DNA from: Thermoanaerobaculia bacterium
GTDB lineage: Bacteria > Acidobacteriota > Thermoanaerobaculia > Multivoradales > UBA5704
DNA length: 64,000 nt
NCBI GenBank assembly: GCA_035544875.1
Contig: DASZZP010000038.1
Coordinates: forward strand, 192,185-256,184
Reading direction: 5' to 3'
Under the pieces are notes generated by a model. It saw nothing but the letters and a program-made list of their open reading frames with translations, had not been told where the DNA came from and searched no databases. The translations under genes and the position numbers were made by a program. Positions 27,901-36,394 of this stretch are shown one piece after another; position 1 is the stretch's first letter; every line of letters begins with the position of its first letter.

Positions 27901-28738
27901 TCGCCCCCTGCGCCCTCATCGCCGACGGCGCACGGCCGTCCTCAGGCAGCTGGCCGATCAGCAGAGCGTTGGCGCGCCCTGCCTGCCCCAGCTCGCGCTG
28001 GAGCTCGGCGAGCGGCACGAAGGCGTTGGGCGGGGTCGCCTGCCCGGCCGCCAGGTCGAAGCTCCCCGAACCGCGGTCGGGGACCACGCCGGCGACGGTG
28101 AAGCGATGCGTCGCGAGCTGCCCCTCGGGGTCCTTGGCGGCCAGCAGCATCTCGCGTGGGATGGCGCTCGGCTGCTCCCAGGACAGCAGGACGTCGTCGC
28201 CGGGCCGCGCTCCGAGCTGCCGCGCCAGCGTCTCGTTGACCGTCAGAGGGGGCAGCAGCCCGGTGCCCGCCGGGCCTGCCGAGCCCGCCGGCAGCGGCGC
28301 CGGCGCGCCGGGGTAGAGCGCGGCGAAGCGCCGATCGACGCCGAGGACGGCGACCCGGGCGGCACGGCGGTTGAGGGCGGCGTGCACGGCGGTGCCGCGC
28401 AGCACGATCAGCGGGGCGACAATTGGCGTGGGCGGCGTGGGCAGCGTGGGCGGCATGGGTGCCGCGGGTGCCCCGCCCGCCGTCGCCTGCGCCACGGCCG
28501 TGGCCGCCGCCGGCCGGGCCAGCCGGCGCGCCATCTCCTCCGCCAGCTCCTCGCGGAAGAAGTGCGGCGCCACCGCCGCCAGCTCGATGTCGCCGAGCCG
28601 TTCGAGCCACAGCCGCCGCAGGCTGTCGCGCACCGAGTCGCCCACCGCCAGCGCGCCGGTCAGCACGCTGGTGGTGACCGCCGCGCCGAGCAGCACCGCG
28701 AGGTGGAGGCGCCAGAAGTGGGTCAGGCTGCGAAGCAC
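24911..28738 (-). CDS. Giant ABC-transporter permease with two MacB/FtsX-type modules (YbbP-like, ~1275 aa)
   Basis: N-terminal TM1 MLRSLTHFWRLHLAVLLGAAVTTSVL followed by a large extracytoplasmic domain and an FtsX 3-TM bundle. The second half repeats the arrangement (GVRNTAANPGRSVLAVALVACACFVLV...FtsX). GTG start overlaps the ATPase gene by 16 nt. Confidence 0.8.
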   Translation of the reverse strand: MLRSLTHFWRLHLAVLLGAAVTTSVLTGALAVGDSVRDSLRRLWLERLGDIELAAVAPHFFREELAEEMARRLARPAAATAVAQATAGGAPAAPMPPTLPTPPTPIVAPLIVLRGTAVHAALNRRAARVAVLGVDRRFAALYPGAPAPLPAGSAGPAGTGLLPPLTVNETLARQLGARPGDDVLLSWEQPSAIPREMLLAAKDPEGQLATHRFTVAGVVPDRGSGSFDLAAGQATPPNAFVPLAELQRELGQAGRANALLIGQLPEDGRAPSAMRAQGAMRAQGAEKALAAGLRLDDIGLALRPLGAAGGAACLALESGEFFLPPAVAEGAAAAAVELGSAAQPVLTYLAIELAAHGRAVPYSMVSAVGPLRPGLANGRGAPRGSPSDRGPLAGGAGEARRYGGLEWRLADLGRKATRQALTRQGGRDSSHRLEWSEEDRRRSGTSVGRRPARRWLAGGAGTPPTGLKAVKTTPDVPRSKADLGAGELLLASGEPAALPEGDDILLDSWAAEDLAARPGDRVAMSYFLPDSGSAGAPLATASASFRVRGVVALAGLAADRGLTPAFPGIDQARDMASWSPPFPVDLHRVRPRDEAYWQRFGPTPKAFVSLAAGRRLWHTRFGDLTSLRLSCPAGESAAAFAARFEPLLLARLRPAAFGLALRPVRAEGLRSAAEGTDFSSLFVSFSSFLIVSAALVTGLLFTLGLERRAREVGLLLALGYPAGAVRRRFLGEGLVLAGAGALLGLPGAGAFALPLLGGLQAGAGAPRLAFAASPSTFVWGWLGSVVTVLVFLAAGVRRMGRLPVAQLLAGAVTAGRGERRRPWWRAVGLAAGAAGVVLAVALRAAGGGAPALAFGSGASLLAAGVSAFALWCLAVGERESPGGGLMILGVRNTAANPGRSVLAVALVACACFVLVLVAANRRAGAAGEGREWGGFTLLAESATPLYHDLGRSDGRRALGFPEPAERLLAGGEIVGLPAVPGDDASCLNLYQPRRPRLLGVPPLLARRTFAMAAGEGSLADLFAKARSAARAGGAGSEVVPALGDEQSVRWILHLGVGDELSLAGERGEPVRLRIVGLLAGSPLQDALLIPEKELARHFPRHGGRSFFLVRTARGRENAVAGLLGDQLRDFGFEVVPVAERLRLYAKVEETYLASFQALGSLGLLLGTCGLAVVLLRNVVERRWELAALRAFGFRRHQLAGLLLLENAALLALGVALGTAAGLLPEALGAGLAGGLPWRSLTATLAAVLLAGMLASAVAAASALRVPLVPALKAER

Positions 28739-29559
28739 AGCCCGTCTCGCAGCTCGAGCCGGCGCGCGCAGCGGGCGGCGAGCGGACGACTATGGGTGGC
28801 GATGACCAGCATCGTCCCTTCCTGCCGCTGCAGCTCGAAGAGCAGCTCGGTGGCCGCCTCGGCCGTGGCGTGGTCGAGGCTGCCGGTCGGCTCGTCGCAC
28901 AGCAGCAGCGCCGGCCGGTGCAGCAGGGCGCGGGCGATGGCGGCGCGCTGGCGCTCGCCGCCCGACAGCTCGGCCGGCCGGTGGCGCAGGCGATCGGCGA
29001 GCCCGACCCGCGCCAGCAGCTCCTCGGCCCGCGGCCGCGCGCTCCCCCAGCGGCGCTGAAAGGCCAGCGCGGGCAACAAGACGTTCTCGAGCACCGAGTA
29101 CTGGGGCAGCAGATAGTGGTCCTGGAAGACGAAGCCGATGCGCTCGTTGCGCAGCCGCGCCAGGACCCGCTCGGGCAGCGTGTAGAGGTCGCGGCCGGCG
29201 AGCGTCACCGTGCCGCCGGTCGGCCGCTCGAGGGTCCCCAGGATGTGCAGCAGCGTGCTCTTTCCCGACCCCGACGGCCCGATGATGGCGAGCGTCTCCC
29301 CCGCCGCCAGGCGGAAGCCGACGCCGCGCAGCACCGGCAGCTCCCGTCCTCCCAGGGTGAAGCTCTTGCGCAGCTCGTGGACGGTCAGCAGGCGGGCCGG
29401 CTCCGGCTGGCGATTGCCGGAGCCAGTGGACTCGGCCGACTCGCCCGGATCGCCTGGATCTCCGGAGCCCGCGTGCTCGCCGGGACCGCCGGCAACGGCG
29501 GCCGCGGCAGGCTCGGCGGCGGCGCCGGTTGTGGAGTCGCCAGGTGCGCCGGGCGCCAT
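28723..29559 (-). CDS. ABC transporter ATP-binding protein (MacB/LolD-like)
   Basis: Walker A GPSGSGKST, Q-loop, signature LSGGERQRAAIARAL, Walker B LLLCDEPT. ATG at 29559 lies 2 nt after the GT4 stop. Confidence 0.85.
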   Translation of the reverse strand: MAPGAPGDSTTGAAAEPAAAAVAGGPGEHAGSGDPGDPGESAESTGSGNRQPEPARLLTVHELRKSFTLGGRELPVLRGVGFRLAAGETLAIIGPSGSGKSTLLHILGTLERPTGGTVTLAGRDLYTLPERVLARLRNERIGFVFQDHYLLPQYSVLENVLLPALAFQRRWGSARPRAEELLARVGLADRLRHRPAELSGGERQRAAIARALLHRPALLLCDEPTGSLDHATAEAATELLFELQRQEGTMLVIATHSRPLAARCARRLELRDGLCFAA

Positions 29560-29561
29560 GC

Positions 29562-30983
29562 TCAGCCCCGGCCGCCGCCCACTGCTGCGGTTGCTGCGCC
29601 CGCTGCGCGCGCCGTCCGCTCCCCGCCAGCGCCGTCTAGACAGCGCTCGTAGAGCGCCAGGGTGGCGGCGGCCATCGCCTCGGCGCTGAAGCGGCCGTGC
29701 ACCGCGGCGCGCCCGGCGCGGCCCAGGCGCTCGCGCCGCTCGGGGTCCGCGAGCAGCTCGCCGAGCGCCGCGGCCAGCTCGGCGGGAGCATCGGGCGCCA
29801 CCAGGACGCCGCCGCCGGTCTCCTCGAGCAGCTCGGGAAAAGCGCCGCGGCGCGGCGCCACCACCGGCACGCCGCTGGCGAGCGCCTCGAGCACGTACAG
29901 CCCTTTCGGCTCGGCGAAGAGGGCCGGCGCCGCCAGCACGTCGAGGCCGGCGAGGAAGCGCAGCTTCTCCTCGCGCGTCACCTCGCCGAAGTAGCGGTAG
30001 GCGCCGGCGAGGCCCCAGCCGGCGAGCTGGCGCTCGATGCCGCGCAGGTAGCCCCGGTGCTGCGCCGGCAGGTAGCCGGCGACGTGCAGCCGCACGCGCC
30101 CGGCGCCCAGCGACAACGCCACCTGGCGGAAGGCGTCGGCGAGCAGCTGCAGCCCCTTCTCCGGCGCGATGCGGGCCAGGTAGCCGATCACCCACGGCCG
30201 GCCGGCCTCCGGGGCTGCGGCCGGCGGCGGGCGGTAGCCGGCGAGGTCAGCGCCAGAGGAGTCAGAGGACCCCGTGGAGCCAGCGGAGCCATGGCCGGAG
30301 AGCTGGATGCCCAGCGGCACCACCGCCAGGCGGGTGCGCTCCACTCCCAGATAGGACGCCATGAAGTCGGCGTAGAAGCGGTTCGGGGCGACGAACAGGT
30401 CGATGTCGCGGGCGCGCTCGGCGAGCGCCGCGCGCACCTCGCCGCGGCTCGGCTCGGGCAGCGAGTCCAGGAACAGCTCCTCGCCCTGCACCGAGCACAG
30501 CACCGGCACGCCGAGCTCGGCCTTCAGGCGGCGCGCGAAGCCGGCGAACATCGAGTTCGTCAGGTGGACGACCTCGGGCTGAAAGGTGTCGCGCAGCCAG
30601 CCGAGGAGCTTGTCGAGCTCGCCCGCCTGGTGGCCCTCCTCGCCGCGCAGAATCGACAGCGTCAGCTCGCCCAGGCGCCGCGGATCGGTCGACGAGCCGA
30701 GCCGCGACACCAGCGCAAGCAGCCGCGGGCGGTCGAGCAGCCGCTCGAGGCGCGCCGGAGCGCGGCGCAGCAGCGGCGCGATCTGCTTGAGGTAGACGTT
30801 GAGGGCGCCGAAGAACACCCGGTCGATGCTCACGTCCGGCTCGTCGGTGCGCAGGCGGGTGTAGGTCGGCACCAGCACCGCGTCATGGCCCAGCCGCTGC
30901 AGCGCCGCCACCAGCGTGTTGTCGTGCAGGCAGCTGCCGCAGTACATGTGGGCCGCGCCGGCCGAGATATAGGCGATTCTCAC
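29562..30983 (-). CDS. Glycosyltransferase family 4 (cluster-associated)
   Basis: ...GYLARIAPEKGLQLL...FAEPKGLYVLEALASGVPVVAPRRGAFPEL... (GT4 donor-binding region). ATG at 30983. Confidence 0.8.
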   Translation of the reverse strand: MRIAYISAGAAHMYCGSCLHDNTLVAALQRLGHDAVLVPTYTRLRTDEPDVSIDRVFFGALNVYLKQIAPLLRRAPARLERLLDRPRLLALVSRLGSSTDPRRLGELTLSILRGEEGHQAGELDKLLGWLRDTFQPEVVHLTNSMFAGFARRLKAELGVPVLCSVQGEELFLDSLPEPSRGEVRAALAERARDIDLFVAPNRFYADFMASYLGVERTRLAVVPLGIQLSGHGSAGSTGSSDSSGADLAGYRPPPAAAPEAGRPWVIGYLARIAPEKGLQLLADAFRQVALSLGAGRVRLHVAGYLPAQHRGYLRGIERQLAGWGLAGAYRYFGEVTREEKLRFLAGLDVLAAPALFAEPKGLYVLEALASGVPVVAPRRGAFPELLEETGGGVLVAPDAPAELAAALGELLADPERRERLGRAGRAAVHGRFSAEAMAAATLALYERCLDGAGGERTARAAGAATAAVGGGRG

Positions 30984-30990
30984 CGCTGCC

Positions 30991-32568
30991 TCAGGCTGGC
31001 CCGGGACGGTCCCGCCGCGGGTGGCCGCCGGCCAGCGGCGGCGCGGCAGCCGGCGCCCCCACCACCCCCGGCGCGACAGGCGGCGTTCCCTCCTCCCCCG
31101 GCCCGGGCGCCGCGGGGAAGAACAGCGCCAGCGTCGCGGCGTCGGGCGGGCGGGTGAGCAGCGACACCACGACCAGCGCCGCCGCCGACACCGCTAGCAG
31201 CAGGGCCACCGGCAGGATGCCGGTGCCGCCCAGGGTGTAGTCGGGCGAGCGCCACCCGGCGACCACCAGGTAGCTCCACAGGGCGACCACGCTCAGCACG
31301 GCGGCGGCGATCCCCTGCTTCGTGCTGCGCCGCCAGAAGAGCGCCGCCAGCAAGACCGGGAAGAGCGCCGCGAAGGCGGTGAAGCACCAGACGCCGAGCT
31401 TGAACAGGCTGGGATCGAAGACCAGCGACAGCAGGTAGGTGACGAACAGGACGCCGATCACGAACAGGCGTCCGACCCACACCCGCTGGCGCTCGCTCAG
31501 GCGGTCGCGGTAGCCGTAGTGGTGCACGATGTCCTGGGTGAACATCGTGCTCACCGCCAGCACCTGGTGATCGAAGGAGTTCATGATCGCCGACAGCAGG
31601 GTGGCGGCGAGCAGGCCGACCAGCACCCCGGGGGCATGGTGCTCGACGATCCTGACCAGCAGCGAGTTGGCGGCCGCCGGCGGCAGGCGGGGAAAATCGA
31701 TCCGCGACAGCACTCCGAGGACCACGGTCGGCACCCAGACGACGGCGATGCACAGCGGATAGACGGCGACCGGCAGGCGGAAGGCGCGGGCGCTGCGCGC
31801 CGTCAGCCACTGGATGAAGATGTGCGGGAACATCCCGACCGAGAGCGGGATGAAGGTATAGGTGAGCAGCTGCAGGGGACGGATGTGGCCGGCGCGCGCC
31901 AGCAGGTCGGGGTGCGTCGCGCCGACCCGGGTCATGGCGCTCTCGAGGCCGCCCAGCTGGTGGACGATGACCCAGCAGGAGATCCCGCCCAGGACCAGCA
32001 GCAGCAGCGCCTGGAAGGCGTTGACCAGGATCGCGCCGCGCATGCCGCCGTAGGCAACATAGCTCAGCACGACCGCGACGATGATCAGGCTCCCCAGCCA
32101 CTTCGGAATCAGCCCGTGGGTGATCTGGGCGAGGGCGATGCCGCCTCCCCCCAGACCGATCAGCAGGTACGGGATCAGCAGGCCGGTGACCACGACGAAG
32201 AGCAGCAGTCCCAGGCCGTCCGATTGGTAGCGCTCGCGGAAAAACTCGATCGGCGACACGTAGCCGCGCCGCTTGCCGATCTCCCACACCCGGGTGCCGA
32301 CGAAGTAAAAGACCAGCGGGATGACCAGCGCCGACGACGAGGCCATCAAGGCGAAGACGCCGATCCCCGTGGTATAGGCCTCGCCGCTCGCGCCGAGCAC
32401 GGCAAAAGCCGTCATGTTGGCGCCGAACAGGTTGAGCAGCAGCAGCGCCGGGCCCAGGCTGCGGGTGGCGACGAAGAAGTCCTCGCTGGTGCCGTGGAAC
32501 AGGCGGTGGCTGAAGCCGCCGATCACCAGGACGGCGGTCAGGTAGAGCGCAATGACGAAGATGATCAC
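30991..32568 (-). CDS. Sodium:solute symporter (SSS family)
   Basis: 13 TM helices, ...FFVATRSLGP...GASGEAYTTGIG... GTG start overlaps the DUF3311 stop (GTGA). Confidence 0.8.
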   Translation of the reverse strand: MIIFVIALYLTAVLVIGGFSHRLFHGTSEDFFVATRSLGPALLLLNLFGANMTAFAVLGASGEAYTTGIGVFALMASSSALVIPLVFYFVGTRVWEIGKRRGYVSPIEFFRERYQSDGLGLLLFVVVTGLLIPYLLIGLGGGGIALAQITHGLIPKWLGSLIIVAVVLSYVAYGGMRGAILVNAFQALLLLVLGGISCWVIVHQLGGLESAMTRVGATHPDLLARAGHIRPLQLLTYTFIPLSVGMFPHIFIQWLTARSARAFRLPVAVYPLCIAVVWVPTVVLGVLSRIDFPRLPPAAANSLLVRIVEHHAPGVLVGLLAATLLSAIMNSFDHQVLAVSTMFTQDIVHHYGYRDRLSERQRVWVGRLFVIGVLFVTYLLSLVFDPSLFKLGVWCFTAFAALFPVLLAALFWRRSTKQGIAAAVLSVVALWSYLVVAGWRSPDYTLGGTGILPVALLLAVSAAALVVVSLLTRPPDAATLALFFPAAPGPGEEGTPPVAPGVVGAPAAAPPLAGGHPRRDRPGPA

Positions 32569-32816
32569 CGGCGCTCTCCCTGCTCTCGTTCATCGCGCGC
32601 CGCCGGCAGCGCGCCCTCGCCCCAGGGTGGCCAGGCGAAAACGACCAGCAGCCCGAGCAGCGCCGAGGCCGCGACGCAGAAGCCGATGTGATAGAGCAGG
32701 CCGGCCGGCAGGCCGAGCCACAGCCGGCGGTCGTTCCACAACCAGAGATCGTTGTGCAGCAGGTAGAGCACCGCGAGCGCGCTGTAGAGCAGCGCGGCCC
32801 ATCCACGGCGTCTCAT
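32565..32816 (-). CDS. DUF3311-like small membrane protein partnered with the SSS transporter
   Basis: 83 aa, two TM helices, LYLLHNDLWLWND motif. Canonical partner gene immediately upstream of SSS permeases. Confidence 0.6.
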   Translation of the reverse strand: MRRRGWAALLYSALAVLYLLHNDLWLWNDRRLWLGLPAGLLYHIGFCVAASALLGLLVVFAWPPWGEGALPAARDEREQGERR

Positions 32817-34171
32817 GTCCGGTCTCCCGTGACGGCGTTGCTGGCGAGGGCGAGGCCCCCTTCGGCCGGCGCCGCATCCGTAGCCGCCGGCGCGTCGGGC
32901 ACGGCGGTCGCGGCCAGCGCCGCGAACAGGCGCGAGAAATCGTGATCGAAGACGTCGCCGCGCAACACCCGAATGAGGTCCAGGCGGCAGTCGGGGAAGC
33001 GGCGGATGAATTTCGAAAAGCGGAAGTTCGGATCGTAGAAGGTGTAGACCAGGCGGCGCATGGCGTCCATACCGGCACTGAAGCGCGGCCCGAAAGCGCC
33101 GAGGCGGGCGGCCGAGAAGTCGCCCGTGGCGAGCGCGCCCAGGATCGCGTCGGCGGCGAACTCGCCCGAGCTGAAGGCGAGCAGCACTCCAGAGGAGTAG
33201 ATCGGGTCGAGGAAGCCGAAGGCGTCGCCGACCAGCACCCAGCCGTCGCCGGCGATCTGGCGCGAGCGGTAGGAGAAGTCGCGGGTGGCGAGGAAATCCA
33301 TCACCCGCCGCGCCCCGGCCAGGCGCGGCTGCAGCGGCGGGCAGCGTGCCACCTCCTCGTCGAACACCCGCTGCAGGTCGCCGCCGCGGCCGGTGACCAG
33401 GTACTCGACCGAGCCGACGACGCCGACGCTCACCCGGTCGTGCGGCAGCGGGATGTACCAGAACCACGACTCCTGCTGCTCGGTGTGCAGCACCAGCGTG
33501 GCCCCCTCGTCGATCCCGGGGTCGCGCAGGGCGCCCTCGAAGTGGGAGAAGATGGCGGCCTTCTTGAGCCGCGGATCGATCTCGCGCAGACCCAGGCGGC
33601 GCCCCAGCACCGCGCTCTGGCCTGTCGCGTCCACCACCACCTTGGCGGCGAGCTCGCGGCGGCCCTCGCCCGGCAGGTCGGCGAGGACGCCGGCCGCCCG
33701 CTCGCCGGCAAAGAGCACCTCGCGCACAGTGGCTCCCTGGCGCACTTCGACGCCGTGGTCGCGCGCGTTTTCGAGCAGCAGGCGATCGAAGTCGCGGCGC
33801 GGCACCTGCCAAGTGATCGAGCCCTCGCCCGGGTCGGTCTCCTGGAAATAGAAGGGGGCCGAGGCGCGGCCGCTCTTGGAGTAGAACTGAACGCTGTACT
33901 TGCGCGGGAACGGGCTGGCGTAGAGCCGCTCGAGCAGGCCGAGCCGGGCGAAGGTGCGGTAGGTCTCCGGCATCAGCGACTCGCCGATCTTGAACCCGGT
34001 TTCGGGCAGGCGCTCGAGCAGCGCCACCCGATGGCCGGCATCCGCGACCAGGGTGGCGACGGTCGACCCGGCAGGTCCGCCGCCCATCACGATGACGTCA
34101 TAGTCCGGGGAGTCCGCGCTCGGCGCTCTCGCCACTCTCGGCGCTCTCGCCACTCTCAGCGCTCTCAGCAT
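32813..34171 (-). CDS. FAD-dependent oxidoreductase of the flavin-dependent halogenase / geranylgeranyl-reductase fold
   Basis: DVIVMGGGPAGSTVATLVADAGHRVALLER (GxGxxG Rossmann motif) ...FKIGESLMPETY...GDAFGFLDPIYSSG. A 21-nt tandem repeat at the 5' end encodes ARAPRVARAP. Confidence 0.65.
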   Translation of the reverse strand: MLRALRVARAPRVARAPSADSPDYDVIVMGGGPAGSTVATLVADAGHRVALLERLPETGFKIGESLMPETYRTFARLGLLERLYASPFPRKYSVQFYSKSGRASAPFYFQETDPGEGSITWQVPRRDFDRLLLENARDHGVEVRQGATVREVLFAGERAAGVLADLPGEGRRELAAKVVVDATGQSAVLGRRLGLREIDPRLKKAAIFSHFEGALRDPGIDEGATLVLHTEQQESWFWYIPLPHDRVSVGVVGSVEYLVTGRGGDLQRVFDEEVARCPPLQPRLAGARRVMDFLATRDFSYRSRQIAGDGWVLVGDAFGFLDPIYSSGVLLAFSSGEFAADAILGALATGDFSAARLGAFGPRFSAGMDAMRRLVYTFYDPNFRFSKFIRRFPDCRLDLIRVLRGDVFDHDFSRLFAALAATAVPDAPAATDAAPAEGGLALASNAVTGDRT

Positions 34172-34187
34172 GGCGTCGCGGTCCTCG

Positions 34188-36365
34188 TCAAGGCTGCCTC
34201 GGGGCCGGCGCCTGGGGGGCGAGGCTGGGCGCGGTCCAGCGCGCCTCGAACCCGGCGTAGACCGCCCGCCCGCTGGCCGGAATGACCGAGGTGGTGCCGA
34301 GCCCGCGCGTGTAAGTGCGCTCGCCGGTCAAGTTCTTGACCTCGATCCTGCCCCGCAGCGGTCCGAGCGGCAGCGACAGGGCGGCGTCGGCGGTGAAGGC
34401 GCCGGGAATGGCGAAGGCGTCGTCGGCCGCGATGAACTGCCGCGACACGTAGCGTCCGCCGGCGGCGAGCTCGAGGCCGCCCGGCAGGCGGCGGGTGAGC
34501 CACAGGTTGGCGATGTGGGCCGGCGCCAGCGGCGGCGTCTTGCCGCTGCGGTCGATGGTGGCGAAGGTGGGCGGCGCGAAGCTGACCAGCACGCTCTCGG
34601 CAAAGCGGGTGAAGACGGCGCGGTCGTAGGCGTAGCTGAACACCACGTCGAGGCCCGCCAGCCGGTGCGCCACCAGCTCGAGCTCGACGCCGCGCGAGCG
34701 CTCGCTGCCGCTCTGCTCGGTGAAGCCGTTGGCATCCGGGATCGCCTGGTTCCGGCGCCGCAGATCGTAGACCGCGAGCGTGCCGCGCAGCCGGCCGCCC
34801 AGCAGCTCGCTCTTGAGCCCCGCCTCGGCCTGGGTGCCGGTCTCCGGCCGGCGCGGCCCGGCGACGCGGGTCGAGGGCGGCGCGAAGCCGCGCCCGGCGT
34901 TGGCGTAGATCGACCAGCCGGCGGCCGGCGAGAAGACGGCGCCGGCCATCGGCGAGAGCTGCGAGTCGCGCCGCGCGGTCGCCGTCGCCCGGTCGCGGTA
35001 GTCGAGATGGTCGAAGCGCCCGCCGAGCAGCAGCTGGAAGCGCTCCGACACCAGCACGCGGTCGAGCACGTAGGGAGCGGCGATCAGCATCCGCGTGTTG
35101 GCGGCCGCCGACTGCCCGGGCAGGGGAACCACCGGGCGCCGCGCCGTCTCCACCGGCGCCAGCAGGTCGATCGGCGGCAGCCCTCCGACGTCGAGCGTGA
35201 AGTTGTCGCCGCGGCGCGCCAGCTCGACTCCGGCCATGAGTTGGTGGGTGAGGCGGCCGGTCCTGGCCTCGACGCTCCCCTCGAGCTGGTTGCCCCAGAA
35301 GCGCTGCCGGTCGTCGAGCAGCACCAGCGCGCGCGCCAGCTCGAGGCGGCCAGTGAAATCGGGAAAAACGCCGGCGAGCAGGGTGCCGTCCGACCGCCAG
35401 GAGAGCTCCCTGTAGTACGCCTTGTCGTGCAGGGTGAAGCCGCCGGCCTTGCCCTGCCAGTCGAGCTGCAACCGGCTGAGCCGCTGGTCCGAGCGATCGA
35501 ACGGCGACTGGTAGGAGCGGCGGACGGGGACGCCGGCGACCCGGTTGCCCACCAGCGGCAGCCCGGCGTCGGGGTGGAAGGAATCCTCGACCCGCTCGAC
35601 GCTCAGGATCAGCGAGCTGTCGGCGTCGCGGCGCCAGGCGAAGGTGGGATTGGCGCCCCAGGCGCGGCCGGAGCGGCCGTCGCGCCAGCCGTCGGTCGCC
35701 TGCCAGAGGCCGTTGAGGCGCAATCCGAGCCGTCCGTCCTGGCCGCTCCAGTTGCCGTCGACGGCGCCCTGGCGGGTGCCGAAGGAGCCGCCCAGCCCCG
35801 ACAGCTGCACGAAGGGATCGGACAGCGGCTGCTTGCGCACGATGTTGACCGCGCCGGCAAGCGGGTTGCCGCCGTAGAGAAAGCTCGCCGGCCCCTTGAG
35901 CAGCTCGACCCGCTCGGCGTTGTAGAGCTGGTAGAAGGTGGTCACCGGCTCGGGCGCGCCGTCGGTCATCACCAGGGCGCTGGTCTCCGAGTCGAGGCCG
36001 CGCACCACGAACAGGTCGGCCACCCCGGATTCGGTGTGAACGCCCACGCCGCTGGCGTTCTTGAGCGCGTCCCCGAGCACCCGCGCGTCCTGCTGCTCGA
36101 GCAGCGGCGCGCCGATCACGTCGACGCTCGCCGGCAGCAGCCGGGTGGGGAGCGGCAGCCGGGCGATCGCGGTGACCGCCGGCACCAGCTCCGCGGTCTC
36201 CTTGACCACCAGCTCCTCGTGATGTTGCAGCAGCGGCGGCCCGGCGGCGGGCTCTTGCGGCGCCGCGGCGGCGGCGGGCGCCTGCGCCGGTCCGCCAGAC
36301 GCCTGGGCCAGCACGGCCGGAGGGCAGGCGGCGAGCACGGCGGTCGCCACGATGGCCAGGGCCAT
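34188..36365 (-). CDS. TonB-dependent outer-membrane receptor
   Basis: Signal peptide MALAIVATAVLAACPPAVLAQA, plug domain (...ERVELLKGPASFLYGGNPLAGAVNIV), 22-strand barrel ending in the aromatic-rich terminal strand ...GFEARW. Confidence 0.85.
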   Translation of the reverse strand: MALAIVATAVLAACPPAVLAQASGGPAQAPAAAAAPQEPAAGPPLLQHHEELVVKETAELVPAVTAIARLPLPTRLLPASVDVIGAPLLEQQDARVLGDALKNASGVGVHTESGVADLFVVRGLDSETSALVMTDGAPEPVTTFYQLYNAERVELLKGPASFLYGGNPLAGAVNIVRKQPLSDPFVQLSGLGGSFGTRQGAVDGNWSGQDGRLGLRLNGLWQATDGWRDGRSGRAWGANPTFAWRRDADSSLILSVERVEDSFHPDAGLPLVGNRVAGVPVRRSYQSPFDRSDQRLSRLQLDWQGKAGGFTLHDKAYYRELSWRSDGTLLAGVFPDFTGRLELARALVLLDDRQRFWGNQLEGSVEARTGRLTHQLMAGVELARRGDNFTLDVGGLPPIDLLAPVETARRPVVPLPGQSAAANTRMLIAAPYVLDRVLVSERFQLLLGGRFDHLDYRDRATATARRDSQLSPMAGAVFSPAAGWSIYANAGRGFAPPSTRVAGPRRPETGTQAEAGLKSELLGGRLRGTLAVYDLRRRNQAIPDANGFTEQSGSERSRGVELELVAHRLAGLDVVFSYAYDRAVFTRFAESVLVSFAPPTFATIDRSGKTPPLAPAHIANLWLTRRLPGGLELAAGGRYVSRQFIAADDAFAIPGAFTADAALSLPLGPLRGRIEVKNLTGERTYTRGLGTTSVIPASGRAVYAGFEARWTAPSLAPQAPAPRQP

Positions 36366-36394
36366 GCCTGCCCGCGCTTGGAACCGCCGCGTTT

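Noticed and set aside
24101-29059. Plus-strand ORFs 24101..26533 and 26885..29059, antisense to the exporter genes
   Set aside because: Shadow ORFs. No domains. The antisense strand encodes a complete ABC ATPase and FtsX permease.
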